In this document: piece after piece, positions 1-12,039 of the stretch | Layout of the letters: each line of letters starts with the position of its first letter | Position numbering within the stretch: the stretch's first letter is position 1 | NCBI RefSeq assembly: GCF_006345805.1 | Contig: NC_042997.1 | Location: forward strand, 22,878,001 to 22,942,000 | Reading direction: 5' to 3' | From: Octopus sinensis | Lineage: Eukaryota | Length of the DNA: 64,000 nucleotides | The notes under the pieces: model-generated | Seen by the model: the letters and a program-made list of their open reading frames with translations, nothing else | Databases searched by the model: none | Told to the model about the DNA's origin: nothing | Position numbers and translations under genes: made by a program

Positions 1-125
1 CCTTTCTCCATTCCAACAAAGAGTAATGCTCAAAACATCAAAAACTCTCTCTCTCTTTTTACTGAGCTTCAAACTAATACATTCCTTGTGCATGACCTTT
101 TGTTGTCTGTTACTCTTATTTGACA

Positions 126-740
126 TGGTTTCTACAGCTGGATGCCTTTCCTAATGCCAGCCACTTTACAGAGTGTACTCAGTGCTTTTTATGTGGCACC
201 AGTACCAGTAAGTTCACCAAAGTAACTTGCAAGAGAAGGCACCTCACCCACTCAACTGAGTGAGGAGTAGTATTGAGGGAGATGGCTTTGTGTCAGGTGA
301 GGAGAAGTTTGAGTATGATAGAGGGATATAAACAGGTGTCTTGCAGTAGAGGAGATACATGGCTGCTCCGGTTGAAAAAGGAAAAGAGAGCGCACAAGAG
401 AAAGAAAAGTGGTGAAGTTGATGTATTGGGGTGCATACTCAAGTTACAGGGATGGGTGTATAAATAAAGTGGTGAAGAGGATTGGATAGAGTAAGTGGGT
501 AGGTAAGTTTGCAAGAGTGTGAAAGGAGAGTTGGAGAGAAAGAGGAGGGTGTGCAGTGAATGAAGATGAATGGAGGGAGCCAGGTAAGAAGGTGAACTGC
601 AGGGGAGAGAGACTCACTAGGAACAAATTGTGTGCAGGTAAATTCATGAGAGTTTGAAAGGAAGAGTGGTAGATAGAGGAGAGGGGATGCAGTTAGTGAT
701 GAATATGGATGGAGGTCAGCTAATGGGACTCTAACCAAAT
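126..740 (-). mobile_element. Non-autonomous retroelement with RTE-type 3' tail and pyrimidine-rich body
   Basis: Reverse RTE tail (gtttctacagctggatgcc...) joined to a body containing tcaccaaagtaacttgcaag, shared with copies at 29.3, 59.4 and 61.3 kb. Confidence 0.65.
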
Positions 741-1465
741 ATCTATTGCTTTTGTATCATAAAAATATAAGTGCTCAATAGACCAAAATGTTAGATGAGT
801 GTGTAGTCTTTTGTTTGTCACAATGTAATGTAAACAGAATTTTGTATACAAACCAAGTTTTTGTTGACTGTACACAGCAGTGGATTAGAAGAAATGATCA
901 AAAGTTGGTGAATTGCTTAAATTGTGTTTTCAGTTAGCCATGTGAAACTCTGACATCAATTATGTGATCCGACAGTCTGTTTCAAAGTTCATGAGAGAGT
1001 GTTTGTTCATTTGTCAGCTGGTTGAAATACATACTTTTCTTTTGCTTAAGATTGAAGTGGGATGGCAAAAGATATGCAAAGATCAGAATTATTCAGTCTA
1101 ATCCAAAACACTTATACCTTATCTAGAATTATCTATGTAATCCTGGCTGTCTCTTCTCTGATCTCCAAATGTATTTTGAGAGTGCTGTGTTGTTTTCCAA
1201 GTGTCAATGGCAGTTTGGGCTGTTGTGCTGGTGTAGGCAACTTTTGAATAAGCATTCTGTGAGGCCTATGTAGCTGGTTGATGTGTTTATTAGTGGAGAC
1301 ATCAGCACGGTATATAATGCTTTTATTTTAGGCATTTACCTTTGCATGTCAGCTACTTTTGGTCTTGGATTATAGCGTTTTTGCATTGCTGTCTTTTTTC
1401 TCTACCTTTCTACTGCTATTACATTGTCTTCTGCTCCTAGTAGCTGGCTCTCATGCTACCTATAC

Positions 1466-1700
1466 TCACCCATTACCGTCATATTCGTCTCTCTTCATAT
1501 TATCACCCATGTTGTGTGTCCCCCTTATAGGATCCAGACTAATCTCTGCATCCGACTTTTCTATAACATCAACCCTCTGGAATTTCCACCCTGCATATGT
1601 TTTTCTTGATGTCATTGAGTTGCAACTGCTCAAGAGAAATGCTAACCACATTGATCTCACAAGTTTTAAAGAGTCTGCAAAGTCATTAGGCACAAGCCCT
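1466..1700 (-). pseudogene. Possible decayed RTE LINE apurinic endonuclease remnant
   Basis: ORF NDFADSLKLV...RKTYAGWKFQRVDVIEKSD loosely resembles the RTE APE segment (DFA..F.L.I.NT.F....HL.TY.SG...QIDYIL.RK.D); judged by eye only. Confidence 0.35.
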
Positions 1701-2194
1701 TTCCTCCAGATTAATCTAATTAAAAAAAAAAGAAGAAAAAAAAATTTTACATGTTCTGCATGTAGCTTTAGCTCTCCTTTATGTTTTGCTTATTGAAAGC
1801 TGGTGGAATTTGTGTTCTTTCAGAAAGTGCTGATCTGAGTGAAAAAAATGTTTGGCAACACTCATCTTTGTGTAATATTGTGTCACACCCTTTCTCATCA
1901 TAAACAGCATAAATTAAAACCCTCAGAACAGCTACAGATGGTCTTTACCAGCCATCCTACAACGTACATACATAACAAAGCTACAACTGCATCCTAAAGA
2001 TTAGCCTTCTTCAGGGCCAGAAAATGCTTCAATTCCTAATCTCTATAAAGCTCAAGTAAATTTCACATTGGGGTAACCCTTCCTCTTGTACTCATCCACA
2101 CTTGACTGCATCCAATAGAAAATCTTTTGACTAACTGATTAAAAAAAAAAAAGACTCCCTTCCCAACACACTACAACAGCCTCTAATTTACATA

Positions 2195-2633
2195 GCACAC
2201 TATGAACATCAATGGAATTTGTATCCTTGTGGTACCAGTGCCGGTGGCACATAAGAAAACCATCCGAACGGGACCGTAGCCAGTACCGCATCGACTGGCC
2301 TCCGTGCTGTGGGCACGTAACAAACACCATCCGATCGTGGCCGTTCACCAGCCTCGTCTGGCACCTGTGTCGGTGGCACATAAGAAAACACCGAAAACAC
2401 CATCCGAGCGTGGCCGTCTGCCAGCCTCGTCTGGCACCTGTGTCGGTGGCACATAAAATCACCCACTACACTCTCGGAGTGGTTGGCGTTAGGAAGGGCA
2501 TCCAGCTGTAGAAACACTCCCAGATCTGACTGGCCTGGTGCAGCCTTCGGGCTCCCCAGACCCCAGTTGAACCGTCCAACCCATGCTAGCATGGAAAGCG
2601 GACGTTAAACGATGATGATGATGATGATGATGA
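2195..2633 (+). mobile_element. Young RTE 3'-UTR/tail copy (family C) with internal tandem units and (TGA)n tail
   Basis: Four GGCAC(A/G)TAA..AA(A)CACC units, then tggttggcgttaggaagggcatccagctgtagaaac ... cgtccaacccatgctagcatggaaagcggacgttaaacgatgatga. Same tail as the RT-bearing RTE at 19.4-20.8 kb; CpGs retained. Confidence 0.85.
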
Positions 2634-4568
2634 CTACCCAAGTCCCATCCTTATTCCTTATTCTCTTTACCCCTACTGTGTCTCACTGCTCAAGCATCAT
2701 TATTTCACCTAAAACTTTTTACCACTGAATGTCAGCCCTCCGAAATTCATTTCCTAACCATGTTTTCCTCTACAGATGTTAACTTTGAGATGCTCAATGT
2801 AAATATAGACTGTATCAATCTTACAAGTCTCTCAGAGTTTTACAACAGTCATGAATACAGCCCAACCTTCTGATTAAGCCATAAAAAATACCATGTTATA
2901 TTTCTCTTCCTAATACTTTCAGGAGGATTGTTAATTGCTGTTGGTGAATACTGAATTTTTTCTGATATTGCTGCATGTTAGTGTCAAGAGTACTCTTTGA
3001 CTTTGTTAACATTCTTTTCATCAGAGGACAATGTATTTAACTTCTTATTAATGCTTTTTGACATTGACATATATTGGATAATGTTGGGTGGATAGATGGA
3101 TATTTGGTTTTTGACAGGCTGGTAAGATTTCAAGTCATAAGTTTTTTTGGGTTTTTTTTTGTTATTTGCTGAGTTTTGATGAAGGGCCTTTGCAGAACCT
3201 CCTGCACCAGTTATATTGTAGCCTTTAATGTTCCTCTTGAAGCTTTACAAAATATCAACATTGTATACTGTTAAGTTTGCTTTGTCTTTCATCAGCAGAT
3301 CAAACTGGAGCTCACCCAAATGCTGTCTCTTTAACTCGGTCAAAATTGATATGTCTAGGAGGTGGCTCTCACTTTTGCCATTCAAAATCATATGCCCTTC
3401 CCCTTGATACACTCATCTTGTTACCTAAAGAGTTTTTTTCTTTATTTCCTTGAACAAGATAGGCCTAATAGTTCACAGATTTTTTTCCAGTTCTATCAAA
3501 GTTATTCATAGGGACATGGAAATTGCCCATTCCATTGTTCTCAATCCTCAAGCATCCTTGCTCCATGGGATAGATCTCTTGGCATGCATGATGATATGCA
3601 GGTCTTTCTTTGTTGTGTTTATATATATTTTGTTGTATTGAATGGCTTTTATAAAATCTTACCTTAGAGATGGATAATAGTCAATGACATTGAATTGTGT
3701 AAGGTTTCTCTTTGTTTATGAAAGCAAACTATACATGAAGACACACTGCAATCATTACAACTTGCAGAGTACGTGAAATGCACAAACATATACATGAAAC
3801 TATATACAAACAGTGGTATTGTAACACAACACACTTAAGACAACGCACACACCTACAAATGCCTAAATATACTTCTCTCATACCTTGCTCATACAGTAAA
3901 CCATGACAATTTATACTTCTCATGCATGCACAAACATTGACATTATCATACTCCAGGAATTAAACTCTTCTCTAACCATAAAATGCACCATACCAAAATA
4001 GCTTCCTATTTGCATAGACAAATAACATTCAGCAAACAATGTGGCTTCTAAACACTAATTAGCAATATTAATCTCCATAATTTCAAGCAACCTGTATAAA
4101 TATGCATCCTGGCAAACATTTAGATAACTTGTCTCAGGTCAGCTTCCTATATGCTCTTGGTTAGAAACCAAAAAAGACAAGTTACTACCAAATAAGCCCC
4201 TATATTCAACAAACAAACAATAGTAATTCAAGTATGTTGGCTGCAGCTTACAACCATTATGGATGTTGACACTGACATGCAAAATCCAAATGTTTTAGTA
4301 AGCACCAAATACAGATTGCAAGCAACAAACTCAGGCAAGTTGCTTCCAGCACATGTTGAATGTCTAGCCGCTGAAACATTGCTGCCAATATAACCAGTTT
4401 TTTTTTATCATTCTATTGAGATCATTATCCTTAAGAGTTTCTATCATTCTAATACCTTACATTCTTGTGTCTTGGAGAAATTTCCCATTCTTCCATAAAG
4501 AATGGGAACCTTCCATTCTTTATGCATTAACATTTTTAATAATTGTAATATTTATTTTTAAATTTCAG

Positions 4569-4670
4569 GATTCTATTGATTTATTTCTTGGAAATTATCT
4601 TGTTGAAGAACAAGAAGGTATTACAAGACCCTCTCCTTTAGTGAATGATCGAGATTGGAAATTCTATGCA
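4569..4670 (+). CDS. SACM1L: SAC1 phosphoinositide phosphatase, third-to-last coding exon ([34 protein letters not shown])
   Basis: Acceptor tttaaatttcag| and donor |gtaagt; 102 nt, phase 0-0. Translation matches, from memory, human SAC1 [31 protein letters not shown]. Confidence 0.95.
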
Positions 4671-4675
4671 GTAAG

Positions 4676-4708
<33 letters not shown>

Positions 4709-4924
4709 GATTTTTTTCATTTCAAATCATCATACAAGCAGGGTTGTCATTTTCAGTGTTCCATGAAAAACATTACTGATCATGGAGAAAGATTATCTTG
4801 CCTGTAAACAGGTGAGGGTTAACAATAAGTAGGGCATCCCACTGTAGAAACATTGCCTCAACAAATCCCGCTTGACCCTTGCAAGCACAGAAAAGTAGCT
4901 GTTAAATGATGATGATGATTATAT

Positions 4925-5075
4925 ATATTCTTTCAGTTTCCATCTATCATATCCACTTGCAAAGCTTTGATCAGCCTCAGGCTATAGTAGACACCTGCCC
5001 AAGGTACCACACAGTGGGACTGAACCCAAGGCCATGTAGTTGGGAAGCAAGCTTATTAACCATACAGCCAAGTCT
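4925..5075 (-). mobile_element. tRNA-headed SINE family A, 5' half
   Basis: Reverse complement of head/core (gggactgaaccc, cttctttcagtttcc) seen in the full copy at 6501. Confidence 0.8.
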
Positions 5076-5749
5076 GCACTTTATTTATTTGTATATATTT
5101 GTTGATGCAGGCACAGCTGTGTAGTTAAGAAGTTCCTTTCTTAACATGGTTAGGGCCTCAGTCCGACTATATGAACATCGTTGGTTGGTGTTCTATACAA
5201 TAGCTGCATATATAATACTAACGTTTCTTTAATATTCCAAAATATTGAAAAAGGAGTTTTAAATAGATTTATTACACTTGCTATATGAAATGAATTGAAA
5301 AAGCTTTCACGTATTGGAATCAAAACAAAAGAGTAGATTCAAATGTGACCTTTGAACTTTATCCCTGTAAAGCCAATGTTAATCAGTTTGACTTTGATGT
5401 GACTGTACTTAAATAAGTTTACCCTTAATTTTGCTATTCAGTTTCTAAAAAGCACCCAGCATATTACGTAAAGTGGCTGGTGTTAGGAAGGACATAGAAA
5501 CCACAACAAACAACTGGTGTCTGTCCAGCTCCTGTCAAACCATCCAACCCATACCAGCTTGTTATTCAAATCTGGATATTTTATTAATTTTTTTCATATA
5601 GTTTTCAGGTTTTATTTTGAGCAGTAGACACTTAGGTTTTGGAAAAAAAAATTAATTTTAATTGAAAGTTTCTTTTTTAAATCATAATCTTAATAAACTC
5701 AAACACAGCATTTTAAATTTCCAGAAAGTAAAAAAAAATCAAAATTTAA

Positions 5750-5970
5750 CCCTTTAGTGTTCGCATTATTCTGCCAAAATTAATCCTTTTTCATCCACAT
5801 TGTTTTGAATTAATCATGCATTATCTTGTAGCTAGGAGATTTTGATGAGGTAGCTGTTAATTTTTAAAATGGTATTGTAGGTTTGGTGTGAGAGACCAGA
5901 TATGGCCAGTTTGCACATAAAACAAGCAGAATACTTTTGGCCGGATATGGCCAGTTTAAATGCTAAAGGG
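5750..5970. mobile_element. piggyBac-type MITE (221 bp)
   Basis: TTAA on both sides (5746-5749, 5971-5974); TIRs CCCTTTAGTGTT / AATGCTAAAGGG. Related copies at 13720, 19300, 32108 and 33937. Confidence 0.88.
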
Positions 5971-6500
5971 TTAAACCAATCCATCTTGTTTTGTATGTAA
6001 TTTTGAAGGACATAAATTGTGTTGGCATTCAGCATGTATGTGTCGTTAATATCTATTTATATATAGAATTTCTGTCTAGATGAAAATAAAAACAGTATTT
6101 CATTGCTACAGGTGTAAGCTTTGGTTTTTTTTTATCACTTCATATCAACAATTATGAGCAAAATTTAGCTAATTTCTTTACTGTATTTAGTTAAATATTG
6201 ACTCAGGTTGTTTCTTGTTTTGCTTAATAATTCAAAAGTAGAATGTAAAACTGAAACAGAAGTGGCAAAACAACAAAATGTACTTAGTTTCTGTTTATAC
6301 ACTGCCATGTACATAATTAGTGCATACGTGCTGACACAAAAACATATACATGTTAAACTTTTACTTGTATTTTGGTGTGTTCCAGGCATGACCATTCAGT
6401 GTGTATACTGTTTAATATATATGTAGAATACATCATTTAGTATAATGTTAAAATCATTTGATAAAATAGAATAAATTTTCTTTATATAAACTGTGTATAT

Positions 6501-6906
6501 GGCGTAGGAGTGGCTGTGTGGTAAGTAGCTTGTTTACCAACCACATGGTTCCGGGTTCAGTCCCACTGCGTGGCACCTTGGGCAAGTGTCTTCTACTATA
6601 GCCTCGGGCCGACCAAAGCCTCGTGAGTGGATTTGGTAGACGGAAACTGAAAGAAGCCCATCGTATATATGTATATATATATAAGTGTGTGTGTATATGT
6701 TTGTGTGTCTGTGTTTGTCCCCCTAGCATTGCTTGACAACCGATGCTGATGTGTTTACGTCCCCGTCACTTAGCGGTTCGGCAAAAGGGACCGATAGAAT
6801 AAGTACTGGGCTTACAAAAGAATAAGTCCCAGGGTCAAGTTGCTCGACTAAAAGGTGGTGCTCCAGCATGGCCACAGTCAAATGACTGAAACAAGTAAAA
6901 GAGAGT
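6501..6906 (+). mobile_element. tRNA-headed SINE family A, full length
   Basis: Head ggcgtaggagtggctgtgtggtaag (box A-like) and ggttcagtccc (box B-like), core ccttgggcaagtgtcttc...gacggaaactgaaagaagccc, central (TA/TG)n, tail ...atgactgaaacaagtaaaagag. Confidence 0.92.
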
Positions 6907-6934
6907 ATATGGCAATGCCCCTAGGAAAAATAGG

Positions 6935-7085
6935 TGGCACATAAAAAGCACCCAGCATATTCCGTAAAGTGGCTGGTGTTAGGAAGGACATAGAAACCAC
7001 AACAAACAACTGGTGTCTGTCCAGCTCCTGTCAAACCATCCAACCCATACCAGCTTGGAAAACAAACATTAAACGATGATGATGA
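6935..7085 (+). mobile_element. Degraded family C RTE-tail copy
   Basis: gcacataaaaagcacccag...gttaggaagg...catccaacccataccagc...ttaaacgatgatgatg. Confidence 0.75.
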
Positions 7086-7916
7086 TTTTGTTCCTATATA
7101 TAATGTACTTTTAAGTTGTTTTAGTTTATTAATGTAAGGCATTTTTTTTATATCCTTGTTATTAATGATAGTTGAGATATTTGACACATTTCACCTATGT
7201 CTTCTTATTGAGGTTCTCCCTTTCAAGTTAAAAGATTGAAAATTAATTGTGTTACTGCACTATTCTAATTTATATTGCAATTTTAACACTTCATTTAGAT
7301 GGGTATGAATTCACCATTAGGTGTCAGAACTGTGTAGTTTAAGAACTAGAAATAATTTAGCCGTAAACAACTTTTTCAATGAAAATGCATTTATTACTGA
7401 AAATTATCAAAGTAAGATTTTACCTGGTTCAAAAGAAAATATATCTAAAAATTATTGCCAATGATTAGCTTTGCCTTCAGAGGGAAATACTATCAAAAAA
7501 TGTATTTTTAATTAACAGCCTAATTACAACAATGTCTAAATCAGTTTACAATGGAATTTTATCATCATTGTCATACATCTACTGTCTATGCTGGCATGGG
7601 TTGTCAGGTCATTGCTGATCTCCTAGATGGATCGGAGGAGTAGATCTCACTCATAAGTTTCAGTTTTGGCTTGGCTTCTATGTTTGGATGTCCATCCTAT
7701 CACTAACCACTTTACAGAGTGTGTTGGGGGCATTTTTCACAGTATCAGCATCAGAAAAGTTGTCATGTCGTTGACAAGACTAAAAGGATTACTCAACCTC
7801 ACACTTAATTAACGAAGTGCAGTGGGTGCTTATTTCTGAAAAACATGGTGATATTTCTAAACCCCATAACTAACCTCTGTTTTGAAAAGTAAGGAAGAAG
7901 AAAGTGTGATCTGATT

Positions 7917-8065
7917 ATAGGCATGGCTGTGAAGTAAGAAGGTTGCTTCCCAGTCACATGGTCCCGGATTCAGTCCTGCTGCGTAGCACCTTGGGCAAGT
8001 GTCTTCTATAGCCTTAGGCTGACCAAAACTTTGTGAATGGATATGGTACACGAAAACTGAAAGAA
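7917..8065 (+). mobile_element. SINE family A, 5' half
   Basis: ggcatggctgtgaagtaagaaggttgcttcccagtcacatggtcccggattcagtcc...ccttgggcaagtgtcttc. Confidence 0.8.
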
Positions 8066-8069
8066 TCCT

Positions 8070-8300
8070 GTCATCACCATCATCATCATTGTTGTTTAAC
8101 ATCCACTTTCCATGCAGGCATGAGTTGGACGGTTGACTAAAGGCTGGCAAGCCAGAAGGCTGCACCAGGCTCAGTCTGATCTGGCAAAGTTTCTGCAGCT
8201 GAATGCCTTTCCTAACACCAACCACTCCGAACATGTCATGGGTGCTTTTTACATGCCACTGGAATGAAGGCCAGTCAGGCGGTTCTGGCATTGACCACAT
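8070..8300 (-). mobile_element. Family C RTE-tail copy
   Basis: (CAT)n followed by gtttaacatccactttccatgc...ttcctaacaccaaccactccg. Confidence 0.8.
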
Positions 8301-8321
8301 CATATATGTTCTTTTATTCTT

Positions 8322-8890
8322 TTACTGGTTTCAGTCATTTAACTGCGGACATGCTGAAGCACCACCTTTAGTCAAAGAAATCAATCCCAGGACTTATTCT
8401 TTGTAGGCCTAATACTTATTCTATTGGTCACTTTTGCTGAACTGCTAAGTTACGGGAAGTAAATGTACCAACATCGGTTGTTAAGCGATGGTGGGGAGAC
8501 AAACACAGGCACACAAACATACATATATATTTATGTATACAATGGGCTTCTTTCAGTTTCTATCTACCAAATCCATTCACAAGGCTTTGATCAGCCTGAG
8601 GCTATAGCAGAAGACACTTCCCCAAGGTGCCACACAGTGGGACTGAACCCAGAACCATCTTATTTCTTTATTGCCCACAAGGGGCTAAACATAGAGGGGA
8701 CAAACAGGGACAGACAAATGGATTAAGTCGATTACGTCGACCCCAGTGCGTAACTGGTACTTATTTAATCGACCCTGAAAGGATGAAAGGCAAAGTCGAC
8801 CTCGGCGAAATACTGCTAAGCATTTTGCCCGGTATGCTAACGTTTCCGCCAGCTCGCCGCCTTCTTACCACACAGCTATGCCTGTGCCTA
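8322..8890 (-). mobile_element. SINE family A interrupted by a family B SINE (8661-8864)
   Basis: A tail, body and core run to gaaccat at 8660; a B-family copy follows; the A head resumes cttaccacacagctatgcc. Confidence 0.85.
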
Positions 8891-9148
8891 TGTGTATATA
8901 TATTACATGTGTATGTGTGTGTCTTTGTGCCTGTGTTTGTCCCCCACCACCACCACTTGACACCAACTGTCACTGGTGTGTTTATGTCCCCATAACTTAG
9001 CAGTTCAGCAAAAAGTGAGCGATAGAATAAATACAAGGCTTATAAAACAAATAAGTACTGGAGTTGATACATTTGACTAAAAATTCTTCAAGTCACTGCC
9101 CCAGCTTGGACGCAGTCTAATGACTGAAACAAGTAAAAGGTAAAAGAT
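8890..9148 (+). mobile_element. SINE family A, 3' half
   Basis: gtgcctgtgtttgtcccc...gatagaataa...gcagtctaatgactgaaacaagtaaaaggtaaaaga. Confidence 0.75.
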
Positions 9149-9519
9149 ATAAAGGCTAGAACTGACTGAACCTACATTTTGTAATTTCCTTCTTAGCAGA
9201 AAGATTATGTCTGGAGAAATATTATTTTGATTCTGTTTAAACAGAAAGGTGGAATGTAATCCAATAATAGTAATATCCTGGAAAAGGAGTATATTAGAGA
9301 TTAAAGGATGCTTGGTTAAATTATAAAAGTGTATTAAACAAAATACTTCAAGATATGTTGAGAAGAAAAATATTCAGTTTCTTTTTCTGTATATAGAAGA
9401 AGCAAATTTCAAATGTCAGTTTTATCACACTACGACAAAAGTGTAATTAGACAGACATCTATAACCAGCTTTCATAATAGCACCTGGTATATCTAATACA
9501 AATAAACCTAGAGTTTTTA

Positions 9520-9658
9520 TTGTGTCTGGGGAGAGTCATTTTCTTTTTGTGCCTTATAATGTAACACACTTACCGGTAAAATTTCCACTTATTTCTTATT
9601 TTTATTTTCCTAAAATTTTTGTTGCGTCTTGCAACCTTTTCAATAGTCTTGACTCTGA
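9520..9658. mobile_element. 139-bp insertion flanked by a 12-bp direct repeat
   Basis: CTAGAGTTTTTA at 9508-9519 and 9659-9670; internal hairpin GTTGC-gtctt-GCAAC. Confidence 0.55.
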
Positions 9659-12039
9659 CTAGAGTTTTTAATTTGTCAAATATAGGATTATATGCTTTGT
9701 TCATTTAAATTTTAAGTCCTTCTTTAGTATATATGTAAGAGGAAACAACTCATCCATTTCAAGATTCATAAATCCATAGTTTTGAGTTCTGGAAATTAAT
9801 CAATGCTTCCATCTTAGGTTAGATTAGGCATATATGGTTTTATATACTGCACAGATAGTTTTGGTTAATTATATACTTGCAGTAGTATACATCAGGAGGT
9901 ATAAATCAAAGTTTGGTGAGATTTATGTTTTCAGAGTTTTCCAAAAATAGTTTGGCAAAGTTTGTCATCAAAGCATGTATCCGGATTCTATAAATCTCAA
10001 TATATCTGGAAATTATCATGAGATTTTTTGTATACTGAAAGAAATTACTTCTAAGAAGAAAATGACTTTTATCTATCAGGGTTGCTGAGCCAAGTTTTGT
10101 TCTTTCAGAGAGTAGTGTCTGTCTAAAAAGTCACTTGTTATCATAAATTTAATTTGACCTTTCCAGTTGATGTAATCTTTTAGTGAAGGAATCAAAGAAT
10201 GCATAGCAAATCACACCCTCACATCTGACTTCAGGAGAATTAATTTAAATGTTTGTATGTGTATGTTAATATGTTTATGTTTATATACTTGCCACAATCT
10301 TTGCAACCTTTTAGTACCTATTTTTAGGCCATGGATAACTTGTTACTCTCCTTGTCTCCACACTGTCACTCTTGCCTTCCTTTTCATACTCTTTTCACTT
10401 GGATACTTGTCCTTCTCTTATTCTTCTCTCATGTTTTCCTTCTCCTACACATTCTTTATACTTATATGCTTAGTGCTATCACAAACATTTGTGTGTTTGG
10501 AGATGGAGTGTTCTCTCTAGCAAAGGATTTTACTCAACACATCAGTACTATTATCTCACCACAGCTTATATTAACTTACATAAATTTGTGACCTCAGCCA
10601 ATGACAATCTTCCTTTATCAGTGTTAAATTTGGTGCCTCACTAGATCCCTGTCCATATTCCTCAGTTGATGATGCTCCACTCAGTTGCTCTGAATGGCTC
10701 TGATTGTTCACTGGTCACTTCCTGGTGATAGTCATGATGACCTTTACCCAGGTTGACCCAACAAGGAAGATGGCTGCTACTAACTAGAAACTGTCTCAGT
10801 CATGTAGAATTATCCACCAGTTAAAATCATCATCTATGAACATCTGTAGGAAAATGAACTCTGAGTGACCTTCCAATACCAGGCATGACCCTGATGGTGG
10901 ACATGGTGTTAAGAATGCTCATGAACTTTATTGATATAGGTTGGGATATGTGGTGCATCAGTCACCATAGCCAACACTAGTGAAAGTTGTCTATAGGTGA
11001 TGAAGATACCAATGATATATTACTAACATATGACTTAATAAGCAACAAATACAACAGCCTCTTTCTTGCTATAAATTCTCCAGACCATCTGCTGCATTTG
11101 TATTATTTCCTTTATCTCATGCCACTTTAATTATATGTCTATGCTAAATTTAAATTATATTTGCTTTAACATTTCTTATTTATATCTTTTCACTTCATCT
11201 CATTTTCACTTCACCCTTTATTTTTCTTCTTAGATTCTTTTCTATCTTTTAGTTATTATCCATTACACTACAAATAGTTTGATTTATGTATCATATTTAA
11301 ATACTACTTTGAAACTGATGTTGTGATATATAATGATGATCAAAATCAGAAGTATGACAAGCAAAATCCAAATTCGTTAAAATTCTAAAAAACTTCTTGT
11401 ATACATTATATAGCTATGAACTGTTTTTATTTTCTCCCTTCCAATTAACCTAATTGCTAAGTATGAATGTTTAAAGAGAAAAACAACTACACATTTCTCA
11501 TTCAGTGTTTAAAAAATTTTACAAAAACTAAATATGGCAAAAAAATTTCTTTAATTCACAGAAAAGTGAAAGCCTTTTTAAATTCCAGTAATTTCTATAT
11601 TTGATATCATTAGATTAACTTAATAAATTGTAATGTCTGCAGAATACTGATTCCTATATATTTCAAAATGTATCAAATATTGGCCAATGGATATATTTAA
11701 ATCTATAAAGCATTTAATAAATTAGTTGCAATTTATAACATTCTCCATATATTCAGTATTTTTATTCTCTTGATGCTACTCAAAGTTTATTGTCCTACCT
11801 TTCTTATTTCCAGCTATTTAGCTTGACTGATGTATTCAAAAGCTTTGCCAAATGCATATTATTCACTCACTTCAGCTTGATTTACTTTAAAAATCAATAA
11901 TATTAGTCTCCATTCTTTGATACAAATTGACCTATAATTTTTGTTACTTCATTTTATTACCATCCAAATTCATTAACTATGATTAGATATCTTGAAGCAT
12001 TACAACCACTAGCGCATTTATTATTATTATTTGTTGTGC

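Noticed and set aside
2230-2470. CRISPR-like repeat-spacer array (GTGGCACATAA..AACACC units)
   Set aside because: Eukaryotic context, spacers similar to each other, no cas genes, and the units are part of an RTE 3' UTR.
1-4568. Further upstream SAC1 exons
   Set aside because: No segment translating to the expected preceding SAC1 sequence (e.g. ...RYYKNNFSDGFRQ) with splice sites was found; the rest of the gene probably lies upstream of the window.
6501-6580. tRNA gene
   Set aside because: The box A/B head runs directly into a SINE core repeated many times in the window; no acceptor stem or pol III terminator.
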